DNA of 39,665 nt from a virus (IMGVR_UViG_3300017774_004409:1-39665); one strand, 5' to 3'. Numbered from the stretch's first letter, positions 24,981-33,712 are shown. Numbers and translations: made by a program. The notes: generated by a model not told the origin, from the sequence alone.

Positions 24981-25679
24981 ATGGACGAAATACACAGCAT
25001 AATAAAGCGACTGGCATTGATTGAAAGTGCCATCACTCCAGAAACAGTAACCAAAGGACTGAACGCACAACAACGGTCTGTGCCACAGATGCCTGCGCTG
25101 TTTAAAATGCCCAAGCAGGGTCCTGTGTTAGGCGGTGATCCAGACAAGAAAGCCCCCAGTGCTGGCTACATGGTGGGCTCTAATGAAAGTGCGGAGAACG
25201 ACGAAGAGGCCTTGGAAGAAGCTGTGACCAGTGAAGACAAGCTAGACAAAGTTAAAAAGTCTTTTGCCGAGTACCTGGACAGCATTGCTGATGAAAAGAA
25301 AGACACTGACTTGAAGGATCGAGTTCGTGTGGATCGTGACATAAGCAAGCGGCCTGCGAAAGATGCCAGCATTGTTGCCAAACAGATCACTGCTGTGGCT
25401 GAAGACCCTACAGAAGAAAATCCCATTATACAGATGCCCACCACACCTGTGCAAAATCCCACCTATGCTGAATCAGCTCCGGTGAAAACCATTGCGCTAG
25501 AAGATGGTCGTTCATGTGAAATACACGGAGACGAAGGCCGCGGATTTGAAATTCGCCATGGCGGACGCAGTCTCAAGAGCCGTTTTAAGAACTTAGATCA
25601 AGCACAGATGGCCCTGGAAATGTACCAGGCTCGTCAGCGTAGACAAGACCTGTCAGCTGACTATATCGAGGAAGCATAA
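24981..25679 (+). CDS. Hypothetical (putative head-associated) protein
   Basis: LIE, LEE, VAE and YAE linkers. C-terminal DYIEE. Confidence 0.6.
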   Translation: MDEIHSIIKRLALIESAITPETVTKGLNAQQRSVPQMPALFKMPKQGPVLGGDPDKKAPSAGYMVGSNESAENDEEALEEAVTSEDKLDKVKKSFAEYLDSIADEKKDTDLKDRVRVDRDISKRPAKDASIVAKQITAVAEDPTEENPIIQMPTTPVQNPTYAESAPVKTIALEDGRSCEIHGDEGRGFEIRHGGRSLKSRFKNLDQAQMALEMYQARQRRQDLSADYIEEA

Positions 25680-28279
25680 TGAATTTAAACGACCTATACG
25701 AAATGCGAGACAGACGTGATGCGTATCAGCGTGACTATGACAGCAGTGTGAGTGGCATGGACCGTGGTGCAGATCATCGTGGTCTCGGTCAAGAGCTGGC
25801 ACACGAGCGTAACAACATACAAATTGCTATCAATGGTAGACCATGGAAAGTGGTTGCTGGCAAGGGCACAGCAGACAGTGCAGAAGAGCGTAGCAATCTT
25901 GAAGGCATGAAGCAGTGGGCCGAACGGAAATCCGCCAGTTCTGGCAAGACCTGGACTGTGTATTTGACCGGTGCAGAAGTCAGTGAAGGTCAAGGTGTGG
26001 CGGAAGGCTCACTAAACGAACTCAGTAAAGATACTTTAAAATCTTATGCTAAAAAAGCAGTTCCTGATATGCAAGCAAGTCAAAAAAGGTCGGAAATCGA
26101 GGCAGGAAAAGCAGTATCAACAAAAGATGACAAAACTGCTAAAACGCATTACGATGCCGCAAAACAAGCCAAAGACAGAACAGAAAAAAGAATGGCCGGA
26201 ATAAGTGGTGCTATTAAAAGAGTTACTAATCAAGGTGTGGCGGAAGCTGTGGAAGATCGAACCAGCTATCAAGTTGCCAAGGCATTATTTGACCACGGTA
26301 TCAAATATAATCCAGCAAGAGAAAATGATTTGATCAAAGCAATCGGCATGGTGTTGGTCAAAGAGTTAAACATGAGTCCTCGAATGGCTCGAAGCGTGAT
26401 GAACGACGAAGACTTCCTAGGTGACACCCTGGGCGAGTTGAGACACATGGAGTCAGGCATGGCGGAAGGCTCCTTAAACGAGTTAAGCGTCAATACTCTG
26501 TCAGATTATGGCAAGAGAGCCGAGAAGTCAAATGATAAAAAACTGAACAAAGCCGCGGATCACACAAAAAAAGCAACTGATTTGTATGCCAAGGGCACTG
26601 CTTCTGCTGTGGACAAGTCGTTTGACCATGAGGATCAAGCAAATAAGTTGCACAAACAAGTTACAAAGCGTGATGCTGGCATGGATCGGGCCGCGGCCAA
26701 GTTAGGCAACAAATTTAAAAAAGGTGTGGCGACCGAAGACGCATCCTGGGGTATGGCAGAAAGCTCACAGCGAGTTGATTCACTTGTGACTGACGCACTA
26801 AAAATAATGCAGGGCGCAACAATGAATGATGCTGTGGCTGCACTAAAGACTGTGCTGGGCAATAGAGAATACAATGACCGTCGTGGTCATTATAGTTTCT
26901 ATGTTCGGCAACTGATGGACATGTATGGCCAGCAAGGTGTAGCAGAAAGCAAACTAAACGAATTTCTTGACCCACAAGCTGTGGCACAAGATCCAGGATT
27001 GGAACGAGAACCCACAGCTGATGTTGTAATCTTTGGCCGTATGCCCCAAGACTTCACATTCGACAAGGTAGTACAAGCACTGGAAGCTGTGTTGCCCAGA
27101 GAATATCCGCCTGGGTCATCCCCCACCCAACAAGGCATGCCTGACAGCCCGGCTGAACTTAAAGGGTCGGAAATTGCAAAAAATAGTGGCGCTGTGGTCA
27201 CCACCAAGCCTCTGAGCACGGCACAGAAAGTGGTTAAAGAATTCCAGGCACGTGGTATCAAGTGCAAACTAATTGCCAAGCCCGGTATGAACGAAGGCAA
27301 GGCAGATTATAATTTTGATATTGAAGACCTAAAACGTCTTGAAACAATACGAGATCTTTCCACGTTGAAAACACAGGCCCTGGCATTGATCAGCAAGCCC
27401 AGTGCCAAGCCAATGAAACCAGAAAAGGTTGAATGGTTTAAAAACGCACTAGAAAGAATGAACAGCCCTTTAAAAGTAATCAAACTCATGTATGATTTAT
27501 TACTGAGTGGCGAAGGAAATGCTGTAGTTGGTTCTAGATCGTCAATGAACCCCAACAGTTATCGTCAGCGATTCAGCGAACAAGGTATGGCAGAAGCCGA
27601 TGTAGACAGCGACGGATTAAAGGGTAAGCAAGGCGAGGCAGCAGGTTCTTTGACCGAAGATCTACAAGCAGACGATGGTGAATACTACAGCAACTCAGAC
27701 AAATTCTTTGGTCAATTCGAAATCAATGACATTGATTTCGAAGAAACAAGTCCAGATGGCATGGAACTTCGTGGGTACATTGACGGTGTCAATGTGATGG
27801 CTTGGCGATTCAAGAGTGCTAAAAAAGTTGGCGGCTGGGGCATTTATGATGACAGTGCCTTGAGTCAACAAGGTGTAACAGAAGCCGAAGTAGATAGTGA
27901 CGGACACTCTGTTGATCATGCCGACTCTGGGGAATACGATTACGAAGGCGATCAAGCCAAGGACCAACTAAACACTATTGTACGTGCGGCACAGCGACTC
28001 AACGGTATGTTGGATGACAACGAAAACATGCCAGAGTGGGTTCAAATGAAGATCACCAATGCCGCTGACTACATTGACACAGCCGCTGACTACATTGAAT
28101 CCAATCAAGAACCTGAACTGGCTGAAGGTGACAAAATTGGCAACATGGATGCCGACAAGTTTGACGCGGCCATAGCACGCCTCAAACAGCTGGCCGGTGC
28201 AGGTCCATTGAAGACTGTGTATGATCCTACTAAACGTGTGTATCGAAACGTTCCAACCGCGGTGCAACCTCGAAAATGA
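25679..28279 (+). CDS. 866-aa modular polyprotein with repeated QG[VM]AE linkers
   Basis: Leader MNLNDLYE. Linkers QGVAEG, QGVAEA, SGMAEG, KGVATE, WGMAES, QGVAES, PGMNEG, QGMAEA, QGVTEA and LAEG separate about 10 modules. Confidence 0.75.
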   Translation: MNLNDLYEMRDRRDAYQRDYDSSVSGMDRGADHRGLGQELAHERNNIQIAINGRPWKVVAGKGTADSAEERSNLEGMKQWAERKSASSGKTWTVYLTGAEVSEGQGVAEGSLNELSKDTLKSYAKKAVPDMQASQKRSEIEAGKAVSTKDDKTAKTHYDAAKQAKDRTEKRMAGISGAIKRVTNQGVAEAVEDRTSYQVAKALFDHGIKYNPARENDLIKAIGMVLVKELNMSPRMARSVMNDEDFLGDTLGELRHMESGMAEGSLNELSVNTLSDYGKRAEKSNDKKLNKAADHTKKATDLYAKGTASAVDKSFDHEDQANKLHKQVTKRDAGMDRAAAKLGNKFKKGVATEDASWGMAESSQRVDSLVTDALKIMQGATMNDAVAALKTVLGNREYNDRRGHYSFYVRQLMDMYGQQGVAESKLNEFLDPQAVAQDPGLEREPTADVVIFGRMPQDFTFDKVVQALEAVLPREYPPGSSPTQQGMPDSPAELKGSEIAKNSGAVVTTKPLSTAQKVVKEFQARGIKCKLIAKPGMNEGKADYNFDIEDLKRLETIRDLSTLKTQALALISKPSAKPMKPEKVEWFKNALERMNSPLKVIKLMYDLLLSGEGNAVVGSRSSMNPNSYRQRFSEQGMAEADVDSDGLKGKQGEAAGSLTEDLQADDGEYYSNSDKFFGQFEINDIDFEETSPDGMELRGYIDGVNVMAWRFKSAKKVGGWGIYDDSALSQQGVTEAEVDSDGHSVDHADSGEYDYEGDQAKDQLNTIVRAAQRLNGMLDDNENMPEWVQMKITNAADYIDTAADYIESNQEPELAEGDKIGNMDADKFDAAIARLKQLAGAGPLKTVYDPTKRVYRNVPTAVQPRK
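25991..27904 (+). repeat. Dispersed linker repeat family CAAGGT[GA]TGGC[GA]GAAG
   Basis: CAAGGTGTGGCGGAAG exact at 25991 and 26231. Variants at 26453, 26720, 26750, 26933, 27581 and 27869, and at 22412 in another gene. Confidence 0.8.
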
Positions 28280-28386
28280 ACCCAACCGAACCGTTAGAAG
28301 AACCTGCACCAAATCCCAACGATTATCCGGTGTACCCCGAAGATGACGGATACGATCGTTTCCGCAACCCTTACTCACCAGTGTAA
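28276..28386 (+). CDS. Small Pro/acidic protein (36 aa, not in ORF track)
   Basis: MNPTEPLEEP...DYPVYPEDDGYDRFRNPYSPV. Overlaps the upstream stop (ATGA) and the downstream start (TAATG). Confidence 0.55.
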   Translation: MNPTEPLEEPAPNPNDYPVYPEDDGYDRFRNPYSPV

Positions 28387-29021
28387 TGCTGCTCAGTGAC
28401 TTTAGAATTCAAAACTTTGATAAACTAGATCGTATTCTAGTGGATCTGTGTGATCTGCTGATGCAGGCCAAACAACAGGACAGCGAATACTTTGGCATGG
28501 TGGCTGCTGCTGTGCTGGACCCTGACAATCGCTGTGTGGCCGCTGTGAACTATCCCGACGATGCGGGTCTGCGTGTACATGCCGAACGTGCAGCCATAGA
28601 TGCATATCAAGCACAGTACGGTGACATACCACAAGGCAGCATCATCATCACTACACTGAGCCCTTGCACTGAAGACATGGCCGAACGTCATGGTACCAGC
28701 TGTACAGATCTAATCAACAGTTCCGGTGTACACAAGGTCTATGCCGGTTACGCTGATCCGTCGCAGGATGAAACACGCAAGCAATTTCATTTGAAGATCA
28801 CCACAAACCAACGTATTCGACAGTTGTGCAAACAGTTTGCTGACACATTCTTAAAAGACAAACTGGACGAACTGAGTTTCTTGGGATCACCATGTACCAA
28901 GGATTGTTCAGGACATCGTGCCGGCTATGAATGGTCAAAGCGCAAAGGCCTGCGGCAAGGTAATAGTCCATGGAGCCCCAGTTTCAACAAAGGTGCTGCC
29001 TTGGCAGTGGCTGGCAAATAA
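28386..29021 (+). CDS. Zn-dependent cytidine/deoxycytidylate deaminase-fold protein plus C-terminal module
   Basis: HAE (VHAERAAI) and TLSPC...C. After LDE comes a separate CTKDCSGHRAGYEW module. Confidence 0.75.
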   Translation: MLLSDFRIQNFDKLDRILVDLCDLLMQAKQQDSEYFGMVAAAVLDPDNRCVAAVNYPDDAGLRVHAERAAIDAYQAQYGDIPQGSIIITTLSPCTEDMAERHGTSCTDLINSSGVHKVYAGYADPSQDETRKQFHLKITTNQRIRQLCKQFADTFLKDKLDELSFLGSPCTKDCSGHRAGYEWSKRKGLRQGNSPWSPSFNKGAALAVAGK

Positions 29022-29054
29022 TTTATGTTGTACTGTACAAAAGAACATCAAGAA

Positions 29055-29156
29055 CACACTACCTTAGGACCAGTACTCGTTACTGACACAAGTGTGGGGC
29101 GGCTGCTGCCCCGGGACGGCTGGATTCGCTACCCAGAATCCTGGAAGTGAGCACTT
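29055..29156 (+). ncRNA. Candidate structured non-coding RNA (family unassigned)
   Basis: GC-rich intergenic segment with several complementary stems and a possible pseudoknot (see findings). Confidence 0.5.
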
Positions 29157-29173
29157 ATTAGGAGCTCAATCAT

Positions 29174-29578
29174 ATGAATCTCAATCAAGCTATCACTGCT
29201 GTAAATCAAAAGTTTCACTATCAAAGTGATCCTCGTAGCTTCTTCACTGACTACTGGTTTGTGATGCAGGACAAGGATGGTCAACTGCGTGGCGACTGTG
29301 ATGACTACAGCGTCACAGTGCTGTGGTATCTGTGCAATGAAAATATCTGGACATTTATCTGGAACGTGCTGATTCTGCATCGCTATCGCCTGCACCGAGT
29401 AAAATCTACAGGTGGATGGCATGTGATTGGAGAAGCTGAAGGCCAATGGTTTGACAATTGGACCCGCAGAGCCTGCAGTCGTGATGAGTTATTTGCTCAA
29501 ACTGGCCACGAATATCAGATGATGTACCTGTCACCGATCATTGCTTGGTTCTTGATCTGGGGCTATTTCCGTCGCTGA
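29174..29578 (+). CDS. Transglutaminase-like cysteine protease (BTLCP-like)
   Basis: VNQKFHYQSD...DYW...GDCDDYS, then GWHVI and WFDN (C-H-D triad). AGGAG SD. Confidence 0.65.
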   Translation: MNLNQAITAVNQKFHYQSDPRSFFTDYWFVMQDKDGQLRGDCDDYSVTVLWYLCNENIWTFIWNVLILHRYRLHRVKSTGGWHVIGEAEGQWFDNWTRRACSRDELFAQTGHEYQMMYLSPIIAWFLIWGYFRR

Positions 29579-29623
29579 TTGACCGATTCACTTTAAGTGA
29601 TTTGCTCAAAAGTAAAAAAACAC

Positions 29624-29652
29624 TTGCTTTTGAAGTTGTAAATCTGTATAAT
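29624..29652 (+). promoter_or_regulatory. Sigma70-like promoter opening the replication block
   Basis: TTGCTT, 17-nt spacer, TATAAT, with an A-rich UP-like tract upstream. Confidence 0.7.
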
Positions 29653-29674
29653 AACACTTTAACTGGAGATTTAC

Positions 29675-29935
29675 ATGAACGAAAAAACATTTAATGGTGA
29701 TCAAAAGATCAAGCTCACACAGATTATCAATGAAGGCATGCAGGTCATGCACGAAATTGACACGTTGCAAGGCGGATTAACTGATACTATCAAAGCCATT
29801 GCTGAGGAATTGGAAATCAAACCCGGTATTCTCAAAAAAGCCATTCGTCTGGCACACAAGGCCGAATTTAGCAAGGAAAAGCAGGATCACGAAATTCTTG
29901 AAACAATTCTTGAAACCGTGGGCAAGACTTTGTAA
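29675..29935 (+). CDS. Small helical dsDNA-binding protein (T4 DsbA/GapR-like)
   Basis: 86 aa, IKAIAEELEIKPGILKKAIRLAHK pattern. GGAG SD. Confidence 0.55.
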   Translation: MNEKTFNGDQKIKLTQIINEGMQVMHEIDTLQGGLTDTIKAIAEELEIKPGILKKAIRLAHKAEFSKEKQDHEILETILETVGKTL

Positions 29936-30981
29936 TGCTGATTGAGTTTGCGGCAAAACAGTTCACCGGGCAGTATTGCTTGTCGCCCTATGTCAGCATA
30001 GCCATTGACATCTACGGCAATGTTTCATTGTGCGGGTGTGTGGCCTGGCAACCCAGTACTATCGGCAATATATTTGAACAGCCTTTGGAACAGTTGTTGA
30101 GCAATGACCTAGCTCGAAAGATCCGCAACAGTATCAGCGACGGCAGCTACATCTATTGTAACGAACGCTCTTGTGGTATAATCAACAATCAACAATTAAA
30201 TCAACAAGACACGTTACCGCACGAAGTACTGCCGCTGATTGCTGACAGTGGCCAGTATATCATGCCCAGTGAGATTGTGTTGGCAGGCGACTTGACCTGT
30301 AATCTCAGCTGCCCCAGTTGCCGAACAAAAGTAATTCGACTTGAAGATCAACAAAAGCAACGACAACAAGACCTTGGTCGTATCCTGAGTCAAAATTTAT
30401 TTGGTGTCCCCACAACAAAAAATATCAATCTTACTATGAGCACATCAGGAGAGGTATTTGCCAGTGCATTTTTGTTGCAGTTTTTGAGTTCAATTGACAC
30501 TGCAATGTTTCCGGGATTGAATCTAAAATTGCAAACCAATGGATTGCTGGCACCTCGCAATTGGTCACGCATGGGTGCAGCGGCTGACTGTGTCAAACAA
30601 CTCACTGTGACGTTTGATGCAGCCAAACCTGACACCTATCACCAATTACGCCGTGGCGGTCAGTGGGAAGACTTGTTGGCCAGCCTGGAGTTTTTTAAAG
30701 AAAAGAAAAAAACCACAGGCATGCGTTTTCACACACGCATGGTGGTGCAACAATCTAACTGGCGTGAGATCAATGAATTTTATGATCTCAGCTGTAGCTA
30801 TCAAGCCGATCGTGTAGAATATGTACGCATAACAGATTGGGGCACATATGGAACAGCTTTTGACCAGCATGACGTATTTAACACTGAGCATTCTGAATTA
30901 TCACTTGCTCAGACCGAATTGGATATTGTAGCAACCCGCCCTCTTGTTTGGATCAGCGGGGACCTGCACCCTGCTAAATAA
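29935..30981 (+). CDS. Radical SAM protein with N-terminal SPASM/twitch-like domain
   Basis: CNLSCPSC (CX3CX2C), SGEVF and QTNG. N-terminal YCLSP...GNVSLC...IGNI. Confidence 0.8.
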   Translation: MLIEFAAKQFTGQYCLSPYVSIAIDIYGNVSLCGCVAWQPSTIGNIFEQPLEQLLSNDLARKIRNSISDGSYIYCNERSCGIINNQQLNQQDTLPHEVLPLIADSGQYIMPSEIVLAGDLTCNLSCPSCRTKVIRLEDQQKQRQQDLGRILSQNLFGVPTTKNINLTMSTSGEVFASAFLLQFLSSIDTAMFPGLNLKLQTNGLLAPRNWSRMGAAADCVKQLTVTFDAAKPDTYHQLRRGGQWEDLLASLEFFKEKKKTTGMRFHTRMVVQQSNWREINEFYDLSCSYQADRVEYVRITDWGTYGTAFDQHDVFNTEHSELSLAQTELDIVATRPLVWISGDLHPAK

Positions 30982-31051
30982 TTGCACAGAGTCGCTCCCA
31001 TAAGGGGCATGAATCACGGCTAACCGGCCATAAACGGAGTTTAATTTAAAC

Positions 31052-33709
31052 ATGTCATATATCGACGCCTTGTACGATCGCGAACGCGATAGGATCCATA
31101 TTGTGGAACGCCGAGACGGTGTTCGCAAATATCAAGAGTACCCAGCCAACTATGTTTTTTATTACGATGACCCACGTGGTAAATTTCAAAGCATCTATGG
31201 TACGCCTGTAAGCCGCTTCAGCACACGCAACAACAAAGAATTTCGTAAAGAAGTTCGCATGCACTCCAGCAAGCAGGTGTATGAAAGCGACATCAACCCC
31301 ATCTTCAGGTGCCTGGAAGAAAACTACAAAGACCAAGATGCTCCTCAACTGAACACAGCGTTCTTTGACATTGAAGTTGCTTTTGACAAGCAGCGTGGAT
31401 TTTCACCGGTGACAGATCCGTTCAATCCAATCACTGCTATCTCTGTGTACTTGGATTGGTTGGATCAACTGGTGACCTTGGCAGTTCCGCCGCCACACCT
31501 GAGTTGGGAGACTGCACAGGATCTGGTCCGAGACTTTGAAAATACAATTTTGTTTGACAACGAACCCGACATGATCAAGATGTTTCTTGATCTCATCGAT
31601 GATGCAGATGTGTTATCAGGTTGGAATTCAGAAGGCTATGATATTCCATACACTGTGAATCGTTGCACTCGTGTGTTGAGCAAGGACGATACTAGAAAAT
31701 TCTGTCTCTGGGGACAACTGCCCAAGAAACGTGTGTTTGAGCGGTTTGGCGCAGAGAATGAAACCTACGACTTGGTAGGCCGTGTACACATGGACTACAT
31801 GCAGTTGTATCGCAAGTACACTTACGAAGAACGACACAGCTACAGCCTAGATGCAATTGCCGAGCACGAATTGGGAGAAAGAAAAACACAGTTCGAGGGC
31901 ACCCTGGATCAGTTGTACAATCAACACTTCAAAACATTTATTGAATACAACCGCCAAGACACTGCATTGTTGAACAGGCTGGACAAGAAACTGCGTTTTC
32001 TTGAACTGGCCAGTGAACTGGCACATGCCAACACTGTGTTGTTGCAGACAACCATGGGTGCTGTGGCAGTGACAGAACAGGCCATCATCAACGAAGCCCA
32101 CGAACGTGGTATGGTGGTTCCAAATCGCCAGCAACGACTCACTGACGAAGACACACAGGCCGCAGGTGCATATGTTGCATATCCAAAAAAAGGTGTGCAT
32201 GAATGGGTGGGCAGCGTGGACATCAACAGTTTGTATCCATCAGCTATTCGAGCCATGAACATGGGTCCAGAAACAATTGTAGGACAACTGCGTCAGACCA
32301 TGACTGATCGATTGATCAAAGAGAACATGTCCAAGGGACAGAGTTTTGCAGCCGCATGGGAAGGCATATTTGCCAGTCTGGAATACACAGCCGTGATGGA
32401 ACAACAGCGTGGCACAGAGATTACCATTGACTGGGAGAACGGCGAAGAAAGTGTGCATTCGGCTGCTGAAATCTGGAGCATCATGTTTGACAGCAATCAT
32501 CCCTGGATTCTCACTGCCAATGGCACCATTCTCACATATGAGAAGAAGGGCATTATTCCTGGGTTGTTAGAGCGTTGGTATTCAGAGCGCAAAGACCTGC
32601 AGACCAAGAAAAAAGACGCCAAGGACGCCAAAGAAATTGCGTTCTGGGACAAGCGACAACTGGTCAAGAAAATTAACTTGAACAGCCTGTATGGTGCCAT
32701 TCTCAATCCAGGCTGTAGATTCTTTGACAAGCGCATTGGCCAATCAACCACACTCACAGGTCGTAGCATTGCTCGGCACATGGATTCATTTATCAACGAG
32801 TGTATCACTGGCAAATACGATCACGTGGGCGAATCAGTGATTTACGGCGATACAGATTCCTGTTACTTCAGTGCGTGGCCTGTGCTGAAACAAGAAGTGC
32901 AAGAGGGACGCATGGAATGGTCAAAAGAAACCTGCATTGCATTGTATGACTCAATAGCCGACCAGGTCAATGAATCATTCCCGGGCTTTATGGAACAGGC
33001 ATTCCATTGTCCAAGAGAAATGGGTGAGTTGATCAAATGCGGTCGAGAAATGGTTGCAGACCGCAGTTTGTTTATTACCAAAAAGCGTTATGCTGTAAAC
33101 ATCATTGACCTTGAAGGCAAACGACTGGATGTGAATGGTGCGATTGGCAAAACCAAAGCCACTGGACTTGACCTGAAACGTTCAGATACTCCCAAGGTTA
33201 TTCAAGACTTTTTGTTAGAAATTCTAAATAAGTTACTGGGCGGTGCGGGCCGGGACGAGATTGTAGAACGTATTAGAGAATTCAAATATGAATTTTCCGA
33301 GCGGCCAGGCTGGGAAAAAGGCAGCCCCAAACGTGTCAACAACTTGACCAAGTATGCCGCAGAAGAAACAAGATTGGGCAAGGCCAATATGCCAGGACAT
33401 GTACGTGCTGCCATAAACTGGAACAACTTGAGACGAATGAACAGTGACAACTACAGTATGCAAATTGTTGATGGCATGAAAACCATTGTGTGCAAGCTGA
33501 AATCAAATGCTCTGGGCTGGTCCAGTATCGGATATCCCACAGACGAACAGCGGTTACCAGCTTGGTTTAAAGAATTGCCGTTTGCTGACGCAGAGATGGA
33601 AGCCACTGTGGTTGATCAAAAGATTGACAACTTGCTGGGTGTAATGGATTGGGATTTGTCCAGTGCTACCAATACTGAAAATACTTTTCAGAATTTATTC
33701 GAATGGTGA
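31052..33709 (+). CDS. Family B DNA polymerase (T4 gp43-like)
   Basis: Exo FFDIE, GWNSEGYD and YNRQD. Pol DINSLYP, KINLNSLYG, YGDTDS and KKRY. Confidence 0.95.
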   Translation: MSYIDALYDRERDRIHIVERRDGVRKYQEYPANYVFYYDDPRGKFQSIYGTPVSRFSTRNNKEFRKEVRMHSSKQVYESDINPIFRCLEENYKDQDAPQLNTAFFDIEVAFDKQRGFSPVTDPFNPITAISVYLDWLDQLVTLAVPPPHLSWETAQDLVRDFENTILFDNEPDMIKMFLDLIDDADVLSGWNSEGYDIPYTVNRCTRVLSKDDTRKFCLWGQLPKKRVFERFGAENETYDLVGRVHMDYMQLYRKYTYEERHSYSLDAIAEHELGERKTQFEGTLDQLYNQHFKTFIEYNRQDTALLNRLDKKLRFLELASELAHANTVLLQTTMGAVAVTEQAIINEAHERGMVVPNRQQRLTDEDTQAAGAYVAYPKKGVHEWVGSVDINSLYPSAIRAMNMGPETIVGQLRQTMTDRLIKENMSKGQSFAAAWEGIFASLEYTAVMEQQRGTEITIDWENGEESVHSAAEIWSIMFDSNHPWILTANGTILTYEKKGIIPGLLERWYSERKDLQTKKKDAKDAKEIAFWDKRQLVKKINLNSLYGAILNPGCRFFDKRIGQSTTLTGRSIARHMDSFINECITGKYDHVGESVIYGDTDSCYFSAWPVLKQEVQEGRMEWSKETCIALYDSIADQVNESFPGFMEQAFHCPREMGELIKCGREMVADRSLFITKKRYAVNIIDLEGKRLDVNGAIGKTKATGLDLKRSDTPKVIQDFLLEILNKLLGGAGRDEIVERIREFKYEFSERPGWEKGSPKRVNNLTKYAAEETRLGKANMPGHVRAAINWNNLRRMNSDNYSMQIVDGMKTIVCKLKSNALGWSSIGYPTDEQRLPAWFKELPFADAEMEATVVDQKIDNLLGVMDWDLSSATNTENTFQNLFEW

Positions 33710-33712
33710 TCT

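Noticed and set aside
25991-27904. CRISPR array or DGR template/variable repeats
   Set aside because: The repeats are short, degenerate, irregularly spaced and in frame in an ORF. There are no cas or reverse transcriptase genes and no A-specific mismatch pattern.
29096-29140. tRNA or tmRNA (GGGGC...CTGGATTCG resemblance)
   Set aside because: No cloverleaf, canonical T-arm or CCA acceptor end can be built. Kept only as an unassigned ncRNA candidate.
31052-33709. Intein or intron in the DNA polymerase
   Set aside because: The ORF is continuous and of normal length with ordinary motif spacing. No intein termini or homing-endonuclease motifs are evident.
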